44,168 bases of DNA from Bacilli bacterium (GCA_029100965.1 JAQXQC010000088.1:1-44168), one strand, 5' to 3'. Positions 9,505-19,285 are shown, numbered from the stretch's first letter. The notes: generated by a model not told the origin, from the sequence alone. Numbers and translations: made by a program.

Positions 9505-9759
9505 CTATTTTTCTTCATTGTCTATTCCTTTTACTAATGTTTCAAGATTGATTCCTAAAACATTTGCGATTTGGACTAAAGTATCTACTGAGAAATACTT
9601 TTTTCCATTGGGAGCTTCGATTCTTCTTATGAACTCATGTGAGTAATGTGCTCTATCTGCAAGTTCTGCTTGTGTAATCTTTGCTTCCTTTCGATATCTT
9701 TTGATATTTGCTGCAATAATTTCATAAACATCTTCATTTCTTCTATGTGTTGTCCCCAT
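9505..9759 (-). CDS. XRE-family helix-turn-helix regulator
   Basis: NIKRYRKEAKITQAELADRAHYSHEFIRRIE...SVDTLVQIANVLGI. Confidence 0.88.
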   Translation of the reverse strand: MGTTHRRNEDVYEIIAANIKRYRKEAKITQAELADRAHYSHEFIRRIEAPNGKKYFSVDTLVQIANVLGINLETLVKGIDNEEK

Positions 9760-9805
9760 CTGTTCATCACCTAATTTTTATTCTCTCACAAAATCAAGTT
9801 TTTTT

Positions 9806-9826
9806 ATGTAACCAATTCGGTTACAT
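9806..9826. promoter_or_regulatory. Palindromic candidate operator upstream of the XRE gene
   Basis: Perfect inverted repeat ATGTAACC-N5-GGTTACAT; not followed by a U-tract on the transcribed (minus) strand. Confidence 0.5.
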
Positions 9827-9844
9827 TTTTACCATATCCTTATT

Positions 9845-10543
9845 TTATAAGGGTTTACAGAGATTATTTTTTAATTTTTTTAGTATTTTTTTCTCATTTC
9901 TAGAAATTTGTACTTGATTTGTACCAAAAAATTTAGCTATTTCACTCTGGGTTTTGTCTTCAAAGTATCTTAAATTGATTAATTCGTATTCTTCATTTGT
10001 TAAGGATTTTAGTCCTTCTTGTAAGGAAATACTTTCTAGATATTGTTCACTGTCTGTATAATGATCAGCGATTTTATCTAGTAGTGTTAGTTTTTTTCCA
10101 TCTTCCATAATCACTTCATCGAGGCTTTTTACACTGGCTTGGCATTTTATTACATCATTGATTAAATTTTCTTCTATTTCTAAGAAAAGAGATAATTCTG
10201 TTGTACTAGGTTCTTTCATTAATTTCTGTGTTAATAAAGACCTAGCTTCTAAGATTTTTTTGTATAAGCTATAATAATCTCTTGATACTTTAACAAAATT
10301 TGATTTTTTAACATAGGCTAATACTTCTCCTAGGATATGTTTGTACATATAAGTTGTTAGTTTTACATTTTTGCTTGCATCAAAATTTTTGTACGCTTTC
10401 ATTATGCCAATTATACTTACTTGATATAAGTCATCGAATTCGTAATATTTGGTATACTTATTAATGATTGAACAAATTAATCCTTTATTTTCTTTGATTA
10501 AATTAAGTAATATTGTATCATTCATAAAAACCCTTCTTGTCAT
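9845..10543 (-). CDS. sigF: Sporulation sigma factor, SigF-type (alternative start at 10525)
   Basis: DDLYQVSIIGIMKAYKNFD, ILGE, region 4 LRYFEDKTQSEIA...QVQISRNEKKIL (QVQ as in SigF rather than the QAQ of SigG); lies between a spoIIAA-like gene and spoVA. Confidence 0.75.
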   Translation of the reverse strand: MTRRVFMNDTILLNLIKENKGLICSIINKYTKYYEFDDLYQVSIIGIMKAYKNFDASKNVKLTTYMYKHILGEVLAYVKKSNFVKVSRDYYSLYKKILEARSLLTQKLMKEPSTTELSLFLEIEENLINDVIKCQASVKSLDEVIMEDGKKLTLLDKIADHYTDSEQYLESISLQEGLKSLTNEEYELINLRYFEDKTQSEIAKFFGTNQVQISRNEKKILKKLKNNLCKPL

Positions 10544-10561
10544 TATCTAGATTATTCCTTT

Positions 10562-10867
10562 CTAGAGATAAGAAAATACATCTAATTCTTTATCTAGATT
10601 GGGAAGAAAATTTTTAAATAATCTGCTTTTTCTTTGATCGTAGATAATGAATAAATTTTTTTCTTTTCTATTTTCTTTAAAATTATAGATTTCTTTGATT
10701 TGTTCTATGGAAAGAAAATCTAGTTTTTTTAAATTAAGTACGATGTTATTAATTCCTAATTCATCAATGATATTTAATACTTCTTTTATTTTACTCCCAT
10801 TATCATTCCTCCCTATTATTCTTACAAAGAATACTCCTTTTCGATATTCTGTACTGATTCTTAACAT
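10562..10867 (-). CDS. spoIIAA: Divergent STAS-domain anti-anti-sigma factor, SpoIIAA-like
   Basis: FFVRIIG, NIVLNLKKLDFL, RLF; immediately upstream of sigF; DSSG motif absent. Confidence 0.6.
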   Translation of the reverse strand: MLRISTEYRKGVFFVRIIGRNDNGSKIKEVLNIIDELGINNIVLNLKKLDFLSIEQIKEIYNFKENRKEKNLFIIYDQRKSRLFKNFLPNLDKELDVFSYL

Positions 10868-10922
10868 TTAATTCACCCTTTGCTATTTTAATTTATCATA
10901 AAAATATTGTTGAAGAAAGCAA

Positions 10923-10929
10923 TTCGACA
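10923..10929 (-). promoter_or_regulatory. Spo0A box upstream of the spoIIA-like operon
   Basis: Perfect TGTCGAA on the minus strand; a one-mismatch copy (TGTCAAA) lies near 10960. Confidence 0.5.
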
Positions 10930-11082
10930 ATACTAGTTATTTTTTTTATCTTCTATTATTTGACAAATATTTTCCCTCTACTTATATTATTCTTTGTTAA
11001 TGGAAAAAAATCCTTCTTATTTCAATAAAAAAAATACTAATTTTGAAATAGTTCATTTGTCTACTTCTTTTTTAGTATTTTT

Positions 11083-12015
11083 TTAATGAAGAATAAATAA
11101 TTTTAAAGCCAAGTTTTTATCCATTTCTCCCAGTTTTATGTCATGGTCTATTTTTGCTAGTTTTTTGATGTTTTCTAAAATCATATCTTCAGAATAAGAA
11201 TAGATTTTTTTCACACTATATTTTACTCGGTATGGATTAACTTCTAAAATTTTGGCAATTTCTGATTCTGATTTATTTTTGTTTATTAGTCTTTTTACCT
11301 GAAATAAAAAATGAAATTGATTGGCTAATAAAAGGATAATTTGGATTTCATCATAGTTTTGATTTAAGAAACTATCTAGTAATTCTAGTGCTTTTTTAGT
11401 ATCTTTTAGAATGATAGCATCTGTTAGAGAAAAAATTTCTTCTTCTAATACTTTAGTAGTTGTTTTAGTAATGTCCTCGTTAGTAATTTTTTTGGTTTCT
11501 AATGCATACATTTTTAACTTGTCTAATTCATTATCAATGTTATTTAAGTTTGTTCCTACTCTTTCTAAAAAGAAATTAATATCATTCATTTCATATCCAG
11601 CTTCTTTTAATTTACTATTGATATGTTTGATTAGAAAAGCTTTATCTACTTTATTTGCTTCTATTACTTTATGATGGGATAATAATTTATTTATTTTTTT
11701 TCTTGAATCTAATTTTTCAGCATTACAGATAAAAATTAAATAGCTATCAGAATTATAGTGTTCTATATATTGTTCTAATTTTTCTAGATTGTCGATTGTC
11801 TTATTGGCTCCTAAGAAGTAACAGTCTTCTAAAATAATAATTTTTTTCTTATTAAATAGATTTACAGTTGAAGCATCTTCAATTACATCTTCTATTAATG
11901 TATTTGCCATATCATATTTTATTATATCTGTATCTTTTAGAGAATTTATAATCTTTTTGGTTTCTTCTTTGATTAATCCTTTATTTATTCCATATATTAC
12001 ATAAAAATTTTCCAT
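11083..12015 (-). CDS. holA: DNA polymerase III delta subunit
   Basis: YVIYG, EKLDSRKK, NELDKLKMY, IFSLTDAI, VNPYRVK, DHDIKLG. Confidence 0.92.
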   Translation of the reverse strand: MENFYVIYGINKGLIKEETKKIINSLKDTDIIKYDMANTLIEDVIEDASTVNLFNKKKIIILEDCYFLGANKTIDNLEKLEQYIEHYNSDSYLIFICNAEKLDSRKKINKLLSHHKVIEANKVDKAFLIKHINSKLKEAGYEMNDINFFLERVGTNLNNIDNELDKLKMYALETKKITNEDITKTTTKVLEEEIFSLTDAIILKDTKKALELLDSFLNQNYDEIQIILLLANQFHFLFQVKRLINKNKSESEIAKILEVNPYRVKYSVKKIYSYSEDMILENIKKLAKIDHDIKLGEMDKNLALKLFILH

Positions 12016-12016
12016 A

Positions 12017-12913
12017 TTATTTTCCTAATCTTTCTTGACATGAATAGCCATCTTCTTTTTCACGCGTTAGTGCTTCTTCATAATTTGTTGGTTTGTTATA
12101 GCTAGAATCTATCGTTGTTTTTAAAGTTGTTTTAAATGTATTGTTTTTCTCATCTTGGGAGAAAGAGCTGTTCTCTTCATCTTTTTCGATATATTTGTTA
12201 AAGATTCCTTCTTGAATAAAATCTTGATAAGAATCTTTAGATAAAAATTGATATTGTTTTGTTCCTTCAATATATTCTAATTCTTCTTGAAGAGAGAAAT
12301 GGTAAGTATTTTCCTCTTTTACTGTTGCATCTAGGGTATTGCTTTGGTATTCTTTGGTGCAAATAAATGTTTTAACTGTATCTTTTACTTCACTTGTTTT
12401 TGTATTCTTTTTTGTCATGAAGAAATAGATGCTTCCTCCTATTAAAATTAATAATAAAAGAAGGATTATTTTAGGAGATTTTTTCTTTTTGGGTTTGGTA
12501 ATTTGTTCTTTTGGTTCTTCTGTTTTTGGTTTAGGAATAGTTAAATTAATAAGACTTTTTAGGACTTCTTCTTTTACTTCTATTTTATTAGAACCAACAA
12601 TTTCAATTCCTTCAATGGTATCTAATGAAATATTTTCAAACTCTTCTGTATTTTCTTGATGAATTGTTTTAAAGATGTATTCTTTAACAATTTCTTCCTC
12701 TTCTTTTTTTGTAGTTGCTAAGGATAATATGGAATTGTTTTTGATATAGCTACTTCCATAAGAAATATAACTATATGTAGGATTTGTATCTGAATAAATA
12801 ATATAAAGATTGTTATTTTTCTTATAGCGAAATACTCCATATACATTAATATAGTGATCAGTTGCTCCAAAACTTAAATTATATTCTACTACTTTTAATA
12901 CTTTTCCGTTCAT
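12017..12913 (-). CDS. Hypothetical bitopic membrane protein
   Basis: 298-aa ORF with RBS GAAGGTG; central KKKK followed by a hydrophobic helix; extracellular domain with two Cys. Confidence 0.7.
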   Translation of the reverse strand: MNGKVLKVVEYNLSFGATDHYINVYGVFRYKKNNNLYIIYSDTNPTYSYISYGSSYIKNNSILSLATTKKEEEEIVKEYIFKTIHQENTEEFENISLDTIEGIEIVGSNKIEVKEEVLKSLINLTIPKPKTEEPKEQITKPKKKKSPKIILLLLLILIGGSIYFFMTKKNTKTSEVKDTVKTFICTKEYQSNTLDATVKEENTYHFSLQEELEYIEGTKQYQFLSKDSYQDFIQEGIFNKYIEKDEENSSFSQDEKNNTFKTTLKTTIDSSYNKPTNYEEALTREKEDGYSCQERLGK

Positions 12914-12968
12914 TTTGCACCTTCCATTCTTATGATATTATAGCAAAAAAAAGAAGTTCTTACAACTT

Positions 12969-14762
12969 TTATAAACTTCTTTTGAACATTTTTTCTAATT
13001 CGTAAATAGTAAATTCAATAATTGTTGGTCTACCATGGGGGCAGTTAAATGGGTTATTGCAGTTTCTTAGTTGAGAGATAATACTTTCCATATCTTCTTT
13101 TGTTATTCTGGTATTTGCTTTAACACTTGCCTTACAGGCTATCGTAGCAGCTAAGTGATCTCTAAATTTAGCTAAATCAAAGTGGTTTTCTTCTTTGATG
13201 ATTTGTTCCATGATATTTTTTAATATTCCTTCTGCGTTATTTTTGGGAAACCATGTAGGATGTGAAGTTACTCGGAATGCACTAGTACCAAATTCTTCTA
13301 TTTTAATATTTAATTCTTCTAAGATATGAATATTTTTTTTGATGAGTAAGAATTCGTTCATTGGTAATTCTATTACAATAGGAATTAGTGTATCAATGGA
13401 ATTTTTGCTTGGATGAGAAAGGAGATAAGAATATTTTTCATAATTAATTCTTTCTTGAGCAGCGTGCTGATCAATTAAATATACCCCTTTTTCATTTTCA
13501 CAGACAATATAAGTTCCTAATGCTAATCCAACAGGATATAATTCAGGAAGTTTATCTTTATCTGATTGGATTTCTTCTATATAAGTATTATTTTCTACAT
13601 TAGTTAATTCTTCTAATTCTTCATTTTCTATTTCTTTGAAGTTAATAAGATTAGATAATCTTTTTTTGTAATCATTGTCTACGCTATCTTCTTTCACTAA
13701 ATTTCTTTCTAAGTTTAGGGATAAATTTTGATATTTTGAAGGTATCTCTTCTTTTTTTTGTTCAATTTTTGGGATAAGTAATTTTTTTTGAATAGTTGTA
13801 GTAATCATATTGTGAATTAATTCTTTTAAATCTTCAAAGTTTCCAAACTTAATATCTAATTTAGATGGATGAACATTTACATCAATTAAGGATGGATCTG
13901 TTTGGATAATTAGGATGGTAATGGGATATCTAGTATCTTCTTTGAAACTACTGTAAGAATCATTAATGATTTTGTTTAAGGCGGCGTTTTTAATTACTCG
14001 GCCATTTACAATGGTTGTCATATAATTTCTACTAGCACGATTAATTTCTGGCATAGAGATATATCCTTCTATACTATAATCTTCATTTGCTGCTTTAACT
14101 GGAAGCATTTTTTTGGTAATGTCAATGCCGTAAATTGCTTTAATTACTTTTAATAAATTTCCTGAACCATCGGTATTTAATAGTTCTTTTTCATCATTGA
14201 TTAATAAAAATTTTACTTTATTGTAAGATAAGGCCATTTTATTTACATAATCCGTAATTGCGGCTAATTCTGAATAAATACTTGATAAATGTTTTAATCT
14301 TGCTGGTGTGTTATAAAATAAGTTACTTACTGTAATACTAGTTCCTGTTCTTTCTTCTGCTTTGGCATTTTCTAAAAGATGTCCTCCTTTAATGTGAATT
14401 AATGTTCCTTTTTCATTTTGACAAGTTTTCAATATGACTTCGCTGACGGAAGCGATTGAGGGTAATGCCTCACCTCTAAATCCTAATGACGAGATATGAA
14501 ATAAGTCATCTGCATCATATAGTTTGCTTGTAGCATGGCGTTGAAAGGCTAATTCTGCATCTTCTTTATCCATTCCTATTCCATTGTCAATTACTTTAAT
14601 TTCACGAATTCCAGCTTCTTTTAGTTCTATTTTGATTTCTGTTGCCTTAGCGTCAATAGCGTTTTCTACTAATTCCTTTACGATAGAAACGCATTTTTCT
14701 ACTACTTCTCCTGCTGCTATTTTATTGGCTAGTAATTCAGACATTACTTTTATTTTGCTCAA
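12969..14762 (-). CDS. mutL: DNA mismatch repair endonuclease MutL (TTG start)
   Basis: IAAGEVVE, KELVENAIDA, GFRGEAL, DVNVHPSK, DQHAAQER and CPHGRP endonuclease motifs. Confidence 0.97.
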   Translation of the reverse strand: MSKIKVMSELLANKIAAGEVVEKCVSIVKELVENAIDAKATEIKIELKEAGIREIKVIDNGIGMDKEDAELAFQRHATSKLYDADDLFHISSLGFRGEALPSIASVSEVILKTCQNEKGTLIHIKGGHLLENAKAEERTGTSITVSNLFYNTPARLKHLSSIYSELAAITDYVNKMALSYNKVKFLLINDEKELLNTDGSGNLLKVIKAIYGIDITKKMLPVKAANEDYSIEGYISMPEINRASRNYMTTIVNGRVIKNAALNKIINDSYSSFKEDTRYPITILIIQTDPSLIDVNVHPSKLDIKFGNFEDLKELIHNMITTTIQKKLLIPKIEQKKEEIPSKYQNLSLNLERNLVKEDSVDNDYKKRLSNLINFKEIENEELEELTNVENNTYIEEIQSDKDKLPELYPVGLALGTYIVCENEKGVYLIDQHAAQERINYEKYSYLLSHPSKNSIDTLIPIVIELPMNEFLLIKKNIHILEELNIKIEEFGTSAFRVTSHPTWFPKNNAEGILKNIMEQIIKEENHFDLAKFRDHLAATIACKASVKANTRITKEDMESIISQLRNCNNPFNCPHGRPTIIEFTIYELEKMFKRSL

Positions 14763-14849
14763 AATACTTCACTCTTCTTTCTGTTTCTATGTTAATTATA
14801 CCAAATTAAAGATTGCTTCTCAAGAAAAAAGACAAGTAATTTTTACTCA

Positions 14850-15752
14850 TTACTTGTCTTGTTCAGTTTTATCTTTTTTTAAACTTTCACTTAGGGTTAC
14901 TCCTAATGAAGCAATATTTTGTAAATCTGATGGAATAATAATTTTAGTTGCTTTTCCATCTGCTACTTTTCCTAATGCATCTAAACTTTTTAGTGCAATT
15001 ACTGATTTATCTGCTTTTGCTTCTTTTAGTAATTTTATTCCTTCTGCTTCTGCTTGTTTTAATTTTAATAGAGCTTCTGCTTCTCCTTCGGCCATTTTAA
15101 TTTTTGATTGTTTATTTGCCTCTGCTCTTAATATTGCACTTTCTTTCTCTCCTTCTGCAATTAGGACACTAGATTTTTTCTCTCCTTCTGCTTGAAGAAT
15201 TTTTTCTCTTCTTTCTCTTTCTGCACGCATTTGTTTTTCCATAGCTTCTTGGATATCTCTTGGGGGTATAATATTTTTAACTTCTACACGATTGACTTTA
15301 ATTCCCCATGGATCAGTTGCTTCATCTAGGATTGCTCTCATCTTTGTATTAATAATATCTCTTGATGTTAGGGTTTGATCTAATTCTAGTTCTCCAATTA
15401 GATTTCTAAGTGTTGTTGCAGTTAGATTTTCAATTGCACTAATTGGATTTTCCACTCCATAGGTATATAATTTTGCATCAGTAATTTGAAAATAAACTAC
15501 AGTATCAATTTGCATGGTTACATTATCTTTGGTAATTACTGGTTGTGGCGCGAAATCTTTTACGATTTCTTTTAATGTTACTGCTCCTGCTACTCTATCA
15601 ATAAAGGGGATTAGAAAATGTAATCCATTTCCCCATGTTTGGTAATATGAACCAATTCTTTCTACAACATAACTTTTTGCTTGTGGAACTATTTTTATAC
15701 AAGGTATGATAAAAATAGCAACAAGTACTAATATAATAATAAATATCGGCAT
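14850..15752 (-). CDS. SPFH/band 7 (stomatin-like, QmcA-type) membrane protein
   Basis: VITKDNV, LRNLIGELELD, WGIKVNRVEVK, MEKQMRAERERR. Confidence 0.92.
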   Translation of the reverse strand: MPIFIIILVLVAIFIIPCIKIVPQAKSYVVERIGSYYQTWGNGLHFLIPFIDRVAGAVTLKEIVKDFAPQPVITKDNVTMQIDTVVYFQITDAKLYTYGVENPISAIENLTATTLRNLIGELELDQTLTSRDIINTKMRAILDEATDPWGIKVNRVEVKNIIPPRDIQEAMEKQMRAERERREKILQAEGEKKSSVLIAEGEKESAILRAEANKQSKIKMAEGEAEALLKLKQAEAEGIKLLKEAKADKSVIALKSLDALGKVADGKATKIIIPSDLQNIASLGVTLSESLKKDKTEQDK

Positions 15753-15755
15753 TTT

Positions 15756-16175
15756 TTATTCCTCCCACTCTTCTACTTCTAATTTAACGCCTTTCATTTT
15801 AAGTACTTTTACCGTACTTCCTTTTGGTAAGTTTTTGCTAGAGATAGCAGACCATCTTTTCCCGTCTACTTTTACTTCTCCTACTTCCATTTTTTTGATT
15901 TCCTCAGTTACTATTCCTTTCATTCCAATTACTCTGTCTAAATTGGTTTTTTCTTTTCTTTTCAATAATTTCTTTTCTATATTTTCTTTTGTTAATAACA
16001 TTAAGATGATTCCTCCTACGACAAAGATACCAAATTGAAGGACAAAATTATCGGTAAAGAATGAAAGAATTAGGGAGCATAATCCACTGATAACAAACCA
16101 AATACTTACCAAATTGATTGTTATCGCTTCTAATATTCCTAAAAAAATAATGAGTACTAACCAAAAATAAAACAT
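15756..16175 (-). CDS. NfeD-family membrane protein
   Basis: N-terminal TM helices plus OB domain GEVKVDGKRWSA; paired with an SPFH gene. Confidence 0.88.
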   Translation of the reverse strand: MFYFWLVLIIFLGILEAITINLVSIWFVISGLCSLILSFFTDNFVLQFGIFVVGGIILMLLTKENIEKKLLKRKEKTNLDRVIGMKGIVTEEIKKMEVGEVKVDGKRWSAISSKNLPKGSTVKVLKMKGVKLEVEEWEE

Positions 16176-16201
16176 ACTTCCCTCCTATCAGTTCTATTGT
16201 A

Positions 16202-16603
16202 TCATAAAAAATTCATTTCGTTATCTGTTTTTGCTAATTTTTTTATGATACTCATATCAATTTCATTTAGTTCATTTAAAATTGCTTGATGAGGAAGAAA
16301 ATGTTCAAAATAAATATCTTTATTTCCATAATAATCTTCTAATTTATTGATGTCATTTACTATTTCCCAATTTGACTTTTCCACAATTCCACTTGCATCA
16401 TAAACTTGTTCTTGGTAAAGAAAGGCAATATGATTTTTTTCTTCATTGAGTACGTATTGTCCCTCCGGGTAATAATGTTTTAATACTTTGGCTAATTCTA
16501 GACATCCTCCGTTTAAAAAATAATACTTTATTGATACTGGAGATAAATATTGATAAAATTCATCGCTGACTAAATCTAAAATAAATCTAATAAAATACTC
16601 CAT
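16202..16603 (-). CDS. Hypothetical protein with possible Cys-His-Asp (papain/transglutaminase-like) triad
   Basis: FLNGGCLELAK...NHIAF...VYDASG; RBS AGAGG; TGA stop. Confidence 0.6.
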   Translation of the reverse strand: MEYFIRFILDLVSDEFYQYLSPVSIKYYFLNGGCLELAKVLKHYYPEGQYVLNEEKNHIAFLYQEQVYDASGIVEKSNWEIVNDINKLEDYYGNKDIYFEHFLPHQAILNELNEIDMSIIKKLAKTDNEMNFL

Positions 16604-16620
16604 AATTACATCCTCTCTTT

Positions 16621-17322
16621 TTATTTTACGATTGATCCAATTTTTTCTCCTGTTAATGCTTTTTTGAGATTTTCTACTTTATTGATATTAAAAACTTGGA
16701 TAGGTAGATTGTTTTCTAGACATAGAGAAACCGCGGTTAAATCCATTACTTTTAATTTTTTCTGTATTACTTCTAGATGACTAATCTCTTGGATGATTTC
16801 ATAGTCATCATATTTTCTTGGATCTTTATCATAAATGTAATCTACATTGGTTGCTTTTAGTAATATATCTGCTTTTATCTCTATTGCACGAAGAGCTGCT
16901 GCTGTATCAGTGGAGAAAAAGGGAGAACCAGTTCCTGCACCAAAGATTAGTACACGTTTTTTTTCTAAATGTTTTAATGCACGTGCTCGAATAAATAATT
17001 CTGCGATTTGTCTCATTTCAATACTGGTTTGTACTCTAGATTCTACTCCTACTTGAAGAAGGGCATCATTTAGAGCAAGGGCATTCATGGTAGTTGCTAA
17101 CATGCCTATATAATCTGCTGTTACAGAGTCCATCTGGGTATTGCTTCTTCCTCTCCAAAAGTTTCCTCCTCCTACTACAATGGCTAGTTCAAGATTAGTA
17201 TTATTCATTACTTCTTTAATTGTTTCTGCAATTTCTAATAATTTGTGATAATTAATTCCTGTTCCGTTATCTTTTGCAAGAGACTCTCCACTTAATTTAA
17301 GTAATATTCGTTTATTTTTCAT
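16621..17322 (-). CDS. pyrH: UMP kinase
   Basis: RILLKLSGESL, VVGGGNFWRG, DYIGMLAT, PFFSTDTAAALRA, VMDLTA. Confidence 0.97.
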   Translation of the reverse strand: MKNKRILLKLSGESLAKDNGTGINYHKLLEIAETIKEVMNNTNLELAIVVGGGNFWRGRSNTQMDSVTADYIGMLATTMNALALNDALLQVGVESRVQTSIEMRQIAELFIRARALKHLEKKRVLIFGAGTGSPFFSTDTAAALRAIEIKADILLKATNVDYIYDKDPRKYDDYEIIQEISHLEVIQKKLKVMDLTAVSLCLENNLPIQVFNINKVENLKKALTGEKIGSIVK

Positions 17323-17608
17323 CTTTTTCCTCCACTTTTTTTAAGATAAAGTATTTACAATCTACGGCACAATTTTCTTTTAAATAAACTTCTAGATTGT
17401 TATAGTTATTAATTGGTTTTACTTTTTTATTTTTTTGATCATAGAAGCCTTTTAATCGAAGTTTATTATAAGCAATATCTCCTACAATATAATCATATGG
17501 TTCAAAGTAAGAAGTATATCTTTCTTTAACAACTTCTTCTTGAAAAGCTTCTTTATAATTTTTGATTAATTCATATTGATTGTTCTCCATTACAATTTTT
17601 TTCATCAA
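17312..17608 (-). CDS. YutD-like (DUF1027) protein
   Basis: YDYIVGDIAYNKLRLKGFY...YLKENCAVDCKYF. Confidence 0.85.
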   Translation of the reverse strand: MMKKIVMENNQYELIKNYKEAFQEEVVKERYTSYFEPYDYIVGDIAYNKLRLKGFYDQKNKKVKPINNYNNLEVYLKENCAVDCKYFILKKVEEKDEK

Positions 17609-17743
17609 AACACTCCTTTCGTTTATTTTTTTAAATATGAAATCTTTTCTTTTGGTTTCATCTTTAAAATTTGTTTCATGATTTTGAAGTATTATATCAT
17701 AATAAAGAAAAGGAAAATACCCTTAAAAGATATTTTCTTATTT

Positions 17744-18682
17744 TTAAGATACTCCAATACCATAAGTGATAACAAAATAAGTAATTACTCCTCCTACGAT
17801 AAAAATCATTAAGAATAGTAAAATAATTTTTAAAATACTACTTTTTTGATTTAATTCTGAAAAGTCGTCATCAACTTGCATGAAATCTTTTTTAGAAAAC
17901 TCATATGAGCTGGTAAAAAAATCGTCATTTACTGGGGCTACAGATGGTTTTATAATATCAATATCACTATTATCTTTTTCAAAAGTAATTGCTGGTGTTT
18001 CTTTTTGATGTGAGGTTACTTCTTCTTCATGAATTGGTTTTGTAATAATCGTATTTCCTGTTGGTTTTAAATCAGAAAATAAATCTAGTGATAAATCTTC
18101 TTGTGGTTCTTCTTGATTTTCTTCTTGGGCTAGATTTTGATATTTAAGTTCTCTTGTCATTGATAAATCGTTTTCTAAGGAATCTGATTGGGATTGAGAG
18201 GTTTGTTCTTCTTCATGATTTAAATCGACAATATTTTCGTTATTTTGGTAATCTTGATAACTTTTACTAGCTTTTTTTAATTCTTCTAAAGATAATTCTG
18301 TACTTTGAAGAGTATTTAAAATTTGTTTATTAACTTTAGGGATTGATTGAGTAGTTTCTTTTAATTTATCGTTTTCATATTTTGCTTTTTCTAAAATTTT
18401 GTTAATGTCATATACTTTTTGTTCATCAATATTTCTTTTCCTTTGCTCGATAATATTTAGATTTTCTTTGATGGGGTTATCGTTCTGTTTTCCTTCGGAT
18501 AATACTAACTCCTTTAATTTAGCCATATCGATTTCATCCGTATTATCTTCTAATGGTAAGTTATCTAAATCATTATATTTTCCATAGACTTCTTTATATA
18601 ATTTTTTATTTCTACTACTTCTTGTGGAAGGAATGCTATCTATGTTGTTTTCTGTGTAGTATCTATCGCTTCTACTATCCAT
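17744..18682 (-). CDS. Hypothetical acidic protein with C-terminal membrane anchor
   Basis: 312-aa ORF, RBS GAGGTG, single hydrophobic helix at the C-terminus. Confidence 0.7.
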   Translation of the reverse strand: MDSRSDRYYTENNIDSIPSTRSSRNKKLYKEVYGKYNDLDNLPLEDNTDEIDMAKLKELVLSEGKQNDNPIKENLNIIEQRKRNIDEQKVYDINKILEKAKYENDKLKETTQSIPKVNKQILNTLQSTELSLEELKKASKSYQDYQNNENIVDLNHEEEQTSQSQSDSLENDLSMTRELKYQNLAQEENQEEPQEDLSLDLFSDLKPTGNTIITKPIHEEEVTSHQKETPAITFEKDNSDIDIIKPSVAPVNDDFFTSSYEFSKKDFMQVDDDFSELNQKSSILKIILLFLMIFIVGGVITYFVITYGIGVS

Positions 18683-18742
18683 ATTGCCACCTCTTACTTT
18701 TCTTTATCATACCATACTTTTGGTGAAATTAAAATATTTTTA

Positions 18743-18771
18743 TTGCTTTTTCTAAAATTAATTGCTATGAT
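18743..18771 (+). promoter_or_regulatory. sigma-A promoter of the ferredoxin gene
   Basis: TTGCTT-N17-TATGAT with extended TGn. Confidence 0.55.
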
Positions 18772-18795
18772 AAATAGGAAAAGGAGGAAATAAAA

Positions 18796-18996
18796 ATGTG
18801 TGTTAAACTTGACCGTGAAAAATGTATTGGATGTGGAAGTTGTGTTTCCTTAACTGATCAGAAAATATTTGATTTTGATGATGAAGGAAAAGCTTATGTT
18901 GTTTCTGAAAAAATTGCTGATGAGGATATGGATACTGTGAAGAATGCTATTGATTATTGTCCAACTTCTGCTATTTATTTTGAATCAGAAAAATAA
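18796..18996 (+). CDS. Monocluster ferredoxin
   Basis: CIGCGSC...CPTSAI; RBS AGGAGG. Confidence 0.92.
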   Translation: MCVKLDREKCIGCGSCVSLTDQKIFDFDDEGKAYVVSEKIADEDMDTVKNAIDYCPTSAIYFESEK

Positions 18997-19075
18997 ATTT
19001 AAAAAACTTCTAAAGATTGTGTTTTCAAGAATTTTGACTTGCCTAAGTTCAATTCTTTTTTTTAGTATTTTTTAT

Positions 19076-19285
19076 TTATGGAACTTTATCATAACCTGAT
19101 CCTCCCCAAGGATTACATCTTAAAATTCTTTTTATTGCTAAATACCATCCCTTAAAAAAACCATATCTTTCGATGGCTTCTAGGGCATAATTAGAACAAG
19201 TGGGATAAAATCTGCAATTGTTGTGCCACGGTCCAGGAATTTTTTGATAAATTCTAATTAGAAGACATGATATTTTTTTTAACAT
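19076..19285 (-). CDS. yidD: Membrane protein insertion efficiency factor YidD
   Basis: [15 protein letters not shown]...[14 protein letters not shown]. Confidence 0.93.
   Translation of the reverse strand: MLKKISCLLIRIYQKIPGPWHNNCRFYPTCSNYALEAIERYGFFKGWYLAIKRILRCNPWGGSGYDKVP

Noticed and set aside
16202-16204. Mycoplasma-type genetic code 4 (TGA = Trp)
   Set aside because: All conserved genes translate full length under code 11 with TGG tryptophans; this TGA behaves as a stop just before the next gene's RBS.
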